In this document: piece after piece, positions 16,160 to 25,500 of the stretch
Layout of the letters: every line of letters starts with the position of its first letter
Numbering within the stretch: position 1 is the first letter of the stretch
Source: a virus
Taxonomy: Duplodnaviria > Heunggongvirae > Uroviricota > Caudoviricetes
IMG/VR virus record: IMGVR_UViG_3300029862_000001
Span: 117,276-143,601 of that record
DNA length: 26,326 nucleotides
Direction: 5' to 3' (one strand)
Notes under the pieces: generated by a model
What the model was told of the DNA's origin: nothing
What the model saw: the letters and a program-made list of their open reading frames with translations, nothing else
The model's database searches: none
Program-made: the position numbers and the translations under genes

Positions 16160-17277
16160 TTTCCGAATTTAATTTTGTACCAGTTACACAATATCAAAAA
16201 TTCAATAGGTGAATTAACACCATCCCATTCCCATTTATCTAAATAGGCCCTGAGTTTATCTCCTTCAACGCATTCGGCTTCTTGCAAGAAGACAAGATGA
16301 GGCATAAATAACTCCGATCCTTCCAAAGACTTATTAAAGAACTTAACCAGCCTCTTATTAAATCCAGGACCGTACCATGATTTTTCATTTGTGGATCCAA
16401 GACAATAGTAAGAATTGTTCTTAACTTTAATACCAAACCATTTACATACGTATGGATGATATACTCTATCTGCTAAGAATATAAATGGCTTATACCATAG
16501 GCAATGCCAGAATGTACTACACTCGCCTCCGAACTTCTTAAAAGCCCATCTGAATCCTCCTGGAAAATACCAGTTGTTGGCTCCTCTCTTAACCTTAACT
16601 TTGTATTTAAGATTCTTGTTACGGTTGCTAACCCTATCCCACGGCTTGACCTTATCGGTATCCATATCAGGAAGGAATGTCCAATGATGAAGCAAGGCAC
16701 TGTAATAAGGATTGTATATCTTGTGTCTGTTCCTAATAACGTACTCAAAAATATCGTATCCTACTTGCCTGGCTTCTTCAAATCCTTTTTCTGACAAGAA
16801 AGCTAATATAGGAGCCAGATTCCAGATCTGATCTTGTGAAGTGAATGGAGAGAAGCATGGATCTTCGTCTTTTAACTCTATACCATTAGTGTACCCGGAA
16901 CTTATTTTGGTAAGACCGAATTTGCTTGCATCTTCGCTATGGATATCGTCTCTTAAGAAAAATCCTTTTTCGAATTTGAAATAAATACCTTTATTGTTAT
17001 TAAAAAATAGATCATAAGTAGTATCGGCAAGACGGGTAAGCACCAGTATGGCATTACGAACATCATCTTTTGTCTTGTAACCAAGAATCATTTCCGTATA
17101 TACAAGCTGAAGATACTGAGCCAGATTAATGGTTCCGTCGCCGACCCAGCCTACCCCGTTCTTAACCGACGACAGTGGGATGCACGAGGCCTGCTTTGTG
17201 TAGCTGGAATCATAAACAAAATCCCGATAAAATACCTCCTTAATCCTATTGTATTTATCCCAAAGACTTTCCATCAC
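16156..17277 (-). CDS. Hypothetical phage protein
   Basis: 373-aa ORF tightly packed with its neighbours. No family recognised. Confidence 0.8.
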   Translation of the reverse strand: MMESLWDKYNRIKEVFYRDFVYDSSYTKQASCIPLSSVKNGVGWVGDGTINLAQYLQLVYTEMILGYKTKDDVRNAILVLTRLADTTYDLFFNNNKGIYFKFEKGFFLRDDIHSEDASKFGLTKISSGYTNGIELKDEDPCFSPFTSQDQIWNLAPILAFLSEKGFEEARQVGYDIFEYVIRNRHKIYNPYYSALLHHWTFLPDMDTDKVKPWDRVSNRNKNLKYKVKVKRGANNWYFPGGFRWAFKKFGGECSTFWHCLWYKPFIFLADRVYHPYVCKWFGIKVKNNSYYCLGSTNEKSWYGPGFNKRLVKFFNKSLEGSELFMPHLVFLQEAECVEGDKLRAYLDKWEWDGVNSPIEFLILCNWYKIKFGK

Positions 17278-17278
17278 C

Positions 17279-18007
17279 TTAACCTATAACAATAACACAA
17301 TCACGCTTTTCCTTATTATAAACCATCGTACCCATCTTAGTGTACAAACCTTTTATATTTTGGTAATTGGTTTCCCCATGAGCCGAAACGTTGGTAGTGA
17401 TACTGTCGGAGTAAACCTCCTCACCGCCTTCGTTAATAAAGTTAAATCCTTGTTTAACCATCTCTCCTCCAAGGTAGGCTGTAAAAGACACAACGACATT
17501 TCCTCGCCCTCTATTCCCATACCAATTACCATAGATATCGGCATTGATATTAGGCTCAGACTCGTCCATGCCCGGCGCTGATAGCAAGGTCTTCATCTTA
17601 ATAAGTGCCCCTTCGAGTCCTGACTGCATGTTATCACCACCATAAATAAGGTAATCACCTACCTGTTGTTGGGTAGTAGCCCACCGCTTACTCCATCCAA
17701 CGTATTTATTATCTACATCCGAGATGCCTGTATTGGTGAACCCAGTTGCAGTATCAAAATCAGAACCGTCTTCTGATTCCCATCCGTATCTAAGAACAAG
17801 ATAATCGAACTCAGGAATTACAACGACCTGCTCGCCGGCAGCTTGTGTGATTGTAACGTTCTTACTCTCTCCACCAGCCGTTACCTTAGCTACGCCTCTA
17901 CGATCTTCAGCTACCGGATTAGGGCCGGCTGTGAAGATAATATTTGCCGGTCCTACGCCTCTCATTTTGTCGGCAGTTACTATTTCGCTTGCACTAACTT
18001 CTAACAT
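17279..18007 (-). CDS. Protein with N-terminal BACON-like Ig segment, probable virion-associated protein
   Basis: FTAGPNPVAEDRRGVAKVTAGGESKNVTITQAAG is BACON-like. ATG 18007 follows an A-rich leader and is preferred over the ORF track start at 18046. Confidence 0.65.
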   Translation of the reverse strand: MLEVSASEIVTADKMRGVGPANIIFTAGPNPVAEDRRGVAKVTAGGESKNVTITQAAGEQVVVIPEFDYLVLRYGWESEDGSDFDTATGFTNTGISDVDNKYVGWSKRWATTQQQVGDYLIYGGDNMQSGLEGALIKMKTLLSAPGMDESEPNINADIYGNWYGNRGRGNVVVSFTAYLGGEMVKQGFNFINEGGEEVYSDSITTNVSAHGETNYQNIKGLYTKMGTMVYNKEKRDCVIVIG

Positions 18008-18173
18008 TTTGTTTATTTTTTTAATATTTCGAATACGTATATCCAACTCGACAAAAATACTATTGGGCAGTACATTGTCTCTACCAAACTTGCATCTCCT
18101 TTAAATTGCCTGATTGACCAAACAATCATAGATGCAATAACGCCAGACAAGTATATAAATAAAACTACCTCAA

Positions 18174-19070
18174 TCATACCATTTTAAGTATATCGTCAAT
18201 AACTGGATACGCCTTAGTATATATCTCAAACTCAGCACGGCGCCGCCTAAGAGGTTCGTACATGCCTTTTAATGTCATACCCATCATCTTAAGTTCGGTC
18301 TTAGCATTTTTCAGCTTAACCAAATCTTGCTGTGCATACAACTTGAACAAATCGGCAGCCCCTTGTGCTTCTCCATTATACATCAGTTCCTCAAAGAATC
18401 TCATCTTTACAAAATTATCTACATAATCCAATACCAGACCTTGAGGCGTATCTGGTATAATTATATTAGATTCTCCGTCAAAGGGAAGAGACCGGTACTG
18501 CATGTAAATAGGTCCATCGAAATTAGCATACAGGAATCCGTTTACGATATTTATCTCATACGGACTATCCTTTATTGCTTTATTCCGGCATCTACTCAAA
18601 CAAGAATCACGAAGCATAGGCTTGGCAAGACCTAACATTACTGGCCGGTCATAATAGCAACGAACTTCATGATCGCGATCGTGGGTGTTGATATAAAATT
18701 TTTCAACTATCACCTTCTCGCATTCTTCTTTACAACATTCATCGCAAGAACACCACCTATAACTTCTTTCAGTGCGTTCTTTCCAGGCTATTGTATTTTG
18801 AAGTTCTGGTATCACCTTATCACCTTCCGGCACCTCATATCCTTTAAAATCGCATTTGAAAGCCAGAATAAGATCAAAGTAATCACCAGGCATACGGGCC
18901 TGCCCTCGCTTGACATCCACTACCGCTTCTTTGCGCATAGTAATATCACCTCCAAACTTCTTCAGGGCAATTTCTACCCATTTGTAGATGGATACCTCAT
19001 CTATCAGATCACGCTTGTCAAATGATCTTAAAGACGATTTTAACTCTATGATATAATTTTCGACTGTCAT
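18174..19070 (-). CDS. Probable ring / tail-tube structural protein (crAss-like)
   Basis: 298 aa with a Y.I.NGFLYANFDG.IYMQY..LP.D.....IPD motif seen in crAss-like ring proteins. Recognised by eye. Confidence 0.55.
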   Translation of the reverse strand: MTVENYIIELKSSLRSFDKRDLIDEVSIYKWVEIALKKFGGDITMRKEAVVDVKRGQARMPGDYFDLILAFKCDFKGYEVPEGDKVIPELQNTIAWKERTERSYRWCSCDECCKEECEKVIVEKFYINTHDRDHEVRCYYDRPVMLGLAKPMLRDSCLSRCRNKAIKDSPYEINIVNGFLYANFDGPIYMQYRSLPFDGESNIIIPDTPQGLVLDYVDNFVKMRFFEELMYNGEAQGAADLFKLYAQQDLVKLKNAKTELKMMGMTLKGMYEPLRRRRAEFEIYTKAYPVIDDILKMV

Positions 19071-19075
19071 CTCTT

Positions 19076-19112
19076 AAAAAAAATGGAGGACAGGAAACAA
19101 ACCTGACCTCCA
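19076..19112 (-). terminator. Terminator-like hairpin abutting a -7 promoter element (19113-19120)
   Basis: UGGAGGUCAGG-loop-CCUGUCCUCCA followed by a U run, with TATCTTTG immediately 5' of it. Confidence 0.55.
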
Positions 19113-19264
19113 CAAAGATATGAATAATATGTATAACGCCCTATTTTGAAGATTCAAAAGTTATGGCCTTCAAACTTGCCATACTTCAAGAAAAGGCTCC
19201 TACACTTTTCCTTTATCCCCTTAAGTGTGACTTCATATCCGGCACCAGTCATGTAGATGGTTTG

Positions 19265-20107
19265 CTAATTAACTCTTTCCCCGGAATATTTGTCAACAAA
19301 ATATGATCTATACACACCAAACCTATTTTTGACAATATCACTGTACAGCTCCCATCTACCCTGCCCATTTCTGAACATGAACTTGACTTCCTCAAGAAAC
19401 AAACGAAGATTCTTTTCTGCGATGATGATTCCATTCTGCTCAAGCTTCTTCGCCACATCTCTGATTAGCCACATATTTTCATGATCAACCTTCTTAAATG
19501 ACTCTGCAAACTCCACATCGGGACGCTGCTCTTCTATGGTCTTAATCGCCTGCTGTCTCTCCGCCTCTGCTTGTGCTCTCTCGGCTATGGCTCTATTCTT
19601 AGCATCAATCTCATCAGCTAATGCTCTTAATGCAGATGGATAGTCTTTCGGTGTTATAGAATAGGAACCGGTTTTTCTTATAGAGGGTAGGACTTCAGAT
19701 GTTACCCATTTCTTGAATTTTTTAGCAAAATCCATCTTTGATCCAAAAATTAGGCTATACAGTCCAGACTCATTGATTATCAGTATTTTAGTGTTTGGAG
19801 TGTAGGGACGGAACGTTTCGTTCCACCCTTGAGTATCAGGTACTTTCATTATTAGTCTATCATCTTCATCAACGTGATCCCTTATCGCTTTTCTCGGATT
19901 AGTGTACCCTAAAAATGAAGCTATAGGAGATCCTATAAAATACGGTTCTTCGTCAATAATAATAATTTTTAGCTCTCCAAAATCTGAATTTTTGAAAGAT
20001 GATACGGTTTTAACCTCTTTGCTAAATTCCATTTCGTTGGATTCCGACGTCAAAATAATGTTACTGTTCTTCGCATTGTTTTGAAAATTGCTTACATTTG
20101 TTCCCAT
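19265..20107 (-). CDS. BRO-N / KilAC (ANT) phage antirepressor, apparently shortened by an in-frame TAG
   Basis: BRO-N motifs FKNSDFGEL...LGYTNPRKAIRDHV...INESGLYSLIFGS...FKKWVTSEVLPSIRKTGSY, followed by P.DYPSALRALA and a KilAC-like C-terminus. The frame continues to 19154. Confidence 0.88.
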   Translation of the reverse strand: MGTNVSNFQNNAKNSNIILTSESNEMEFSKEVKTVSSFKNSDFGELKIIIIDEEPYFIGSPIASFLGYTNPRKAIRDHVDEDDRLIMKVPDTQGWNETFRPYTPNTKILIINESGLYSLIFGSKMDFAKKFKKWVTSEVLPSIRKTGSYSITPKDYPSALRALADEIDAKNRAIAERAQAEAERQQAIKTIEEQRPDVEFAESFKKVDHENMWLIRDVAKKLEQNGIIIAEKNLRLFLEEVKFMFRNGQGRWELYSDIVKNRFGVYRSYFVDKYSGERVN

Positions 20108-20208
20108 AATAGGAATTTTACTTTTTATATCCGCCAGCCTGAGAAGGTAGACGGATATGCAAATATAGCGATTAACCTATATCAATAAAGGGTAATCGCT
20201 ATATTTTT

Positions 20209-20703
20209 TTACATGTTCCTATGATTGAGTTCTCGATCTTCGAAAACTCTCTTAATCTGGAAATCTTTAAACACTCTTCTTTTAGCAAGTATTTCATTAT
20301 ACATAAATCGGTATCTTCGTCCTTTATTCATTTTAACCCTTAACTTCTTTTTCAAGCTATCTTGTATTACAAAATGGTAATATCTTTTAGAGTCTGCGAA
20401 ATCCATAGCCAGGTGGTTGTAGAGGTAGCCGTTGGTTCCGAGCCTGCTCACGATGTCCAGGTCCCGCCTGACGGCAAAGCGCTGCCCCGGTATAAGTACA
20501 TGGCATAAGTATCCTACGTTATCTACGTAAACACCGGCATCAGCTTCCACATAATGTTCTGATACGGTTTTCCATATAATAGATAACAGCCTTAAAACCT
20601 CCCCTCTGTCTCTTATCATGCCTTTCTTAAAACCATTCTTTCTCTTCATAAGACGATGGTAGTAGGCTACAAAATACGGTGATTGTATCGATGTTCTTTT
20701 CAT
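20209..20703 (-). CDS. Hypothetical basic protein (possibly DNA-binding)
   Basis: 164 aa, rich in K and R, co-directional with its neighbours. Confidence 0.7.
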   Translation of the reverse strand: MKRTSIQSPYFVAYYHRLMKRKNGFKKGMIRDRGEVLRLLSIIWKTVSEHYVEADAGVYVDNVGYLCHVLIPGQRFAVRRDLDIVSRLGTNGYLYNHLAMDFADSKRYYHFVIQDSLKKKLRVKMNKGRRYRFMYNEILAKRRVFKDFQIKRVFEDRELNHRNM

Positions 20704-20719
20704 GTCACTAAGTTTATAT

Positions 20720-20752
20720 AAAAATGGGTCTTGGTTTCACAACTAAGACCCA
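20720..20752 (-). terminator. Intrinsic terminator
   Basis: UGGGUCUUAGUU-loop-AACCAAGACCCA followed by UUUUU. Confidence 0.65.
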
Positions 20753-20774
20753 AATAAAGATAAATAATATTTTG

Positions 20775-21479
20775 TTATTGAACAATTTGACTTTTCTGAT
20801 TGGAATCAAGATTCGGATTTTCATCGACAGGAATCTGTAGCCTGAACGCTACTTCCTTTATCGTCTCTGCTACCACATACTCAATTAGCTTGATAGGACA
20901 GATAAATTCGTATTCCCATTCAGACTCGCACCCTTTAGGTGTAGGATCGCAGGCCATTAATTCCAGCGCCTTCTTTCTTCTTGTTGTAAAGAACTCTACG
21001 TTAATAAGCTCTATATGAAAATCCGGTATATAAACATAGTCGTTTTCTACATAATAAAAAGGACGCCGTTCTTTAACGTATTTAGCATACGGTCTTTTTT
21101 GTTCATTACGATACGACTTTATTTCAGCGAACTTAAAAAATATAGTGTTATCTACGTTAGTCACCTTAGTAATAGCCGGTCTAAGAGCAGAATAAAGAAG
21201 CCCTGGAAGTTTATGCTTTGACCGCATCAAAGTATTGCATAACGCAAATTCAGCATCGCAGCAAACTATCTTGTCAACTTCAATCATCTCCAGGCAAGTA
21301 ACGTAAGTTAGGAGCCGGTGATCGCCGAGCAACGTCCCATCATCCCACCTCTGGGCTGTATAAGATTCGGCTTTAGTTCTACCGATATTCAATATCCATC
21401 TCCGGCTAACATGGGAGTCTTTATCAAGGGCATGAATGCCATTTACGACTCTTGATACAAATTCACCATTTGTAATCAT
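20775..21479 (-). CDS. Probable phage structural (ring-like) protein
   Basis: 234 aa. The D..VSRRWI, Cys-containing CLEMIEVD..CC and FYYVENDYVYI segments resemble crAss-like structural proteins. Confidence 0.55.
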   Translation of the reverse strand: MITNGEFVSRVVNGIHALDKDSHVSRRWILNIGRTKAESYTAQRWDDGTLLGDHRLLTYVTCLEMIEVDKIVCCDAEFALCNTLMRSKHKLPGLLYSALRPAITKVTNVDNTIFFKFAEIKSYRNEQKRPYAKYVKERRPFYYVENDYVYIPDFHIELINVEFFTTRRKKALELMACDPTPKGCESEWEYEFICPIKLIEYVVAETIKEVAFRLQIPVDENPNLDSNQKSQIVQ

Positions 21480-21865
21480 GCTCCCCTCCTTTCTTTTGCT
21501 CTGGATTCTCTTGATTTGGCATTCAAGATCCTCATATAAATCTCTCTTTCACTCATGCCGGATATGGTTTTTATAGCATCATCCAACATAACTTTCGTAT
21601 ATAAAGGTTTAGGGAATCCCTTTATCTTAACCGGATCAGGAACTAACTTCGCCTTCCGATATTCATAAAATCTTTTAGAAGTTACATTAAGATAAGAAAT
21701 AGCTTCCTCGCCAGTATAATACTTAGCGGGATTAGCAAGCTGCATCCATGTTTCCAAATCATTGGCTGTAAGATGATCGCATTCGCCATTCAAAAACATG
21801 GCCTTTATTTTATCACATACCGCAGCACCACTCTTACGCAGCGTCTCTGTCAGAATCTCTTTCAT
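21476..21865 (-). CDS. Helix-turn-helix DNA-binding protein (excisionase/MerR-like HTH)
   Basis: YYTGEEAISYLNVTSKRFYEYRKAKLVP motif. Confidence 0.7.
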   Translation of the reverse strand: MKEILTETLRKSGAAVCDKIKAMFLNGECDHLTANDLETWMQLANPAKYYTGEEAISYLNVTSKRFYEYRKAKLVPDPVKIKGFPKPLYTKVMLDDAIKTISGMSEREIYMRILNAKSRESRAKERRGA

Positions 21866-22253
21866 CTTCTTTAAAGCAACCTGTTTTAAATCTTAAAATG
21901 ATAGAGGCAATGATTATAACAAGAGTTACAGCCATCAACGACCATATTGCGATGTTATGCTCAATAGGTATATTGAAATTAACCATAACCCATTCTACTG
22001 ACACATTAAGCATCATACTGTAGATTAGTAACCTATGCCATATACAAAACTTAAACATTTTTGAAAAAGCTAACAGAAATAGGTCCCATGATAGAGAATG
22101 ACCTAATATCGGATACAGCCAATTAGTGATACTAAAAGGATAAAACTCATCAAAAATGCTGGCTAACATAATAACCTGCATCAATACAGGATAGTACTTC
22201 ACAAACGTCACACAGACATTCCCTTGCCCTTTGCTAATAAACTTGTTGCTCAT
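21834..22253 (-). CDS. Hypothetical membrane protein (about 3-4 TM segments)
   Basis: 139 aa with several hydrophobic stretches. Confidence 0.7.
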   Translation of the reverse strand: MSNKFISKGQGNVCVTFVKYYPVLMQVIMLASIFDEFYPFSITNWLYPILGHSLSWDLFLLAFSKMFKFCIWHRLLIYSMMLNVSVEWVMVNFNIPIEHNIAIWSLMAVTLVIIIASIILRFKTGCFKEDERDSDRDAA

Positions 22254-22275
22254 AATAAATTGTTGTTATGTTATT

Positions 22276-22305
22276 AAAATGGGGAAGACGATCAGCACCT
22301 TCCCC
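22276..22305 (-). terminator. Probable intrinsic terminator after the small basic ORF
   Basis: GGGGAAGG-loop-UCUUCCCC followed by AUUUU. Confidence 0.55.
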
Positions 22306-22315
22306 TGGTTTTCAA

Positions 22316-22438
22316 TCACTTTTTAGTGCTCGTCTTCTTTCTTTTCATCTTGCCTCCAACGCTACCGCCTTGGCGCATTTTAGGTTTGTCTTTCTTATCG
22401 ACTTCACCACCCTGACGAGCTTTCTTTTTACAAGCCAT
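22316..22438 (-). CDS. Small Lys-rich protein, 40 aa (not in the ORF track)
   Basis: MACKKKARQGGEVDKKDKPKMRQGGSVGGKMKRKKTSTKK, with an AT-rich leader and a terminator 10 nt after the stop. Confidence 0.7.
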   Translation of the reverse strand: MACKKKARQGGEVDKKDKPKMRQGGSVGGKMKRKKTSTKK

Positions 22439-22535
22439 GATACTAAAATTTTAAAATTGAATGATATGCAATATTAATCATTTTTATCCTAATAGACAAT
22501 ATTTAAAACAAAATATTATAACCCAAAAAAACATT

Positions 22536-22564
22536 CAAGGGAGAGGACTAAATCCTCTCCCTTG
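22536..22564 (-). terminator. Terminator-like hairpin after the repeat protein gene
   Basis: Perfect 12-bp stem caagggagagga/tcctctcccttg with a 5-nt loop. Confidence 0.65.
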
Positions 22565-22568
22565 TTGA

Positions 22569-25500
22569 TTATGCTGGATTAAGATTTATTTGAGAATAAG
22601 CATATTTTAAAGTACCATTTTCATCTCCACACTCAGCTCCATCTACGATAAAGTTGTAAGAAGCAGGAGATTCATTATATACATTGAAAACACCACCTTT
22701 CTTAGAGATATTTTGTTTATCATACCGCCTAACAGTAGAGGTCCTATACACTTTGCCTTCGTAAGACACGTTTATAGTTCGTATATACCATGTAGTATTT
22801 CCATTCTCATCTCCAGAATGAACATATCCGGCTAATATTCCTCCATTAACGGCCCCGAAATACGAACAAGAGCTTCCGGATTGTCTTCTCTGGATTGTTG
22901 TTCCGATGCTTATAGTAGCTCCTGATATCTCACGATAATTAGCATCCACCACCTTAATATCACAAGTATATATTCGGATATTTCCCCTTTCATCACCAGT
23001 CCATTCGAATCCGGCAATACACTTACCGACACCAGGATTATAAGAAACATTATTCTTCCTGTATGTAGCCCAAGAGCCGTTTTTTAATACAATATGTGCC
23101 GGTACAGGCTTAACCTCAGCCTTGCCCTCTTGGTTGACTGTTATGTTGACAGTCTTCCCAGATTCATTTTGCTTCAATGTTACAGTACCACTTCTGGGAG
23201 AAGAAGAGCTGTTTGCAGACGAGATTATCATAAATGAATAATCATAACCTGACAAAACAGGACAGGATACCCCTGATGGTTTTTCTGCAACTTCTGTAAC
23301 CCAACTTGGTTTAGATGATACAGTGTATCCTATCTTGCTTCCATTCTTCTTACTTTTTAATTGGATACATAAATATGAGTTATTTGTACCTCCATTCGCA
23401 TCGGCATTCCAAGTGCTTTGGTTGGTACTAAATTCGTAAGTCACCGCAATATCTTGTGTAATACTAAGAGTAACAGTCTTTCCAGATTCTTTTTGAACAA
23501 AAACAATATCACCAGATCTGGAAGAAGATGTTGTATTAGCAGATAACGTCACCACAGCCTTCATACTTTCAGATGTCTGATCTCTGTAATCGACAAAACA
23601 CCAAGAAGGTTCCGATTTAACAGAAAAACCTATATATGAATCATTCTTAGTACTTATGATAACTTCTTCAATATTCTGAGATTCTCCAGTTACAGACCTC
23701 GACTTGCTCGTTCTTCCATCATGGAACTGAAATTCGTATGGATCATATCCGCAACTTCCAATAACATACTCTTCTTTAGTATCAGAATTTCCGCAATCAT
23801 CGTAACGAATAAACTTAGTTTTGGTTCCATTACATCCATTTTCTTGCCAAGAACCGTAAGGTTCGCAATTACAGCAATTTCTACAACTTACAGAATATTG
23901 ACGATCTATGCTACCAGAGCAACTATCACGATAAGCATTGTACCGAGTATGACCTACGCAGTCTCCTATTCCATAGTAAGACCAGTCAGTACAAGACTCT
24001 CCACCTCCATTAACCCATCTTGTGTCGTTGTAAGAAGAAGAACATGGATTGGTGTCACGTTGTTGCTTCTGAGACGTACAACCGTCACAACGGGTGCTTC
24101 CGGTATCCGACCAAGAAGGTGTTGTGCTATCAGGCAAGCAATCACCGTTTTTGTTAGCTACTGCCTGACCTTGGGAATTTACAGCATCTTGAGCCTTTTT
24201 GTTGGCATCGGCTTGACTGATATTAGACGTAAATGGACCACCTACTTGATCTTGGGTTACGGTAACAGAAGAACCATGCTGGCAGCTTCCACAATTGTTT
24301 CTGGTGAAAACCTTACTTGCCTTACCGGTCCAAGTACAAGTTCCCTGCGCGTCAGCAAGATCCTGCCCCTGCTGTTCAACGGCAGCCTGAGCCTTGCTAT
24401 TTGCGTCTTCCTGACTTACGGTAGACGTAAAAGGACCGCCGGTTACATCATCTTGGTCTATAGTAACCTCAGATCCGACACCGCCGTCAGCACACTGTTT
24501 TGTAAATTGCTTGCTATATGTTCCGGTCCAGGTACATACTTTATCTCCGCCTTCTACCCATCGTTCATTTTCTCCACCATAGCATTCGTTGGTATTAACC
24601 TGTTTTTTATAAGATTTACCACCTTCACATTTGGTTTCGAGCGGCTCGGAATCTACCCATACAGGGTCGGTGTTATCTGTTTCACACGTTCCGTTCTTAT
24701 TAACATAAGCCTGACCTTGTGCTTCTACGGCTTCCTGAGCCAGCCTATTTGCCTCTTCCTGACTTTCATTAGAATAGAACGGTCCACCTACCATATCTTG
24801 TGTTACAGTAAGAGGAACGCCATGTTGACATGATCCGCAATTATCTTTCGTAAATTCCTTGCTATATACGCCTACGAACCTACATTTACCTTTCTGGTTG
24901 GCAATATTCTGTCCTTGAGCCTTAACAGCTTCCTTAGCCTTATTATCGGCATCTTCTTGACTTACGAAAGAAGTAAAAGGATTACCTTCAACATCAGCTT
25001 CACTTACCTCTACTTCTGTTCCTGAATCCGGTATCTCACAGTCGTTCTTCTGGAACGTTTCTGAATAATGACCGGTCCAGCTACAAACCTTATTTCCGCC
25101 GTTTACCCAACGTTCCTGATTATGGGTTTCAGAACATTCATTGGTATCACGTTGCTTTTTCTGAGACTTACCTTCATTACATCTAAGTTCTTCCGGAACA
25201 ACGTCTTCCCATACAGGATCGGTGCTAAGTGGCGTACAGTTGCCGTTTTTATTAGCATAAGCCTGACCGCCTTCTTCTACGATCCTACGAGCTTCTGTAT
25301 CTGCCGCCTCTTGACTTTCCGTTGACGTAACAGGACTACCATTTACCATCTCAGCCGTAACTTCCATCTCTACACCTTTATGACAAGCCTCGCATTCGGG
25401 AACGAATCTCTTGCTGTAATGACCGGTATAGACCGTCATATCTTCGCAATTGCCTTTATTATTAGCAATAGCCTGACCTTGTTCTTTGACAGCAGCCTTG

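Noticed and set aside
23721..24833. 370-aa plus-strand ORF and other antisense ORFs (941..1366, 11035..11412, 25380..26144 and similar)
   Set aside because: These are shadows of well-supported minus-strand genes and have no recognisable protein features.
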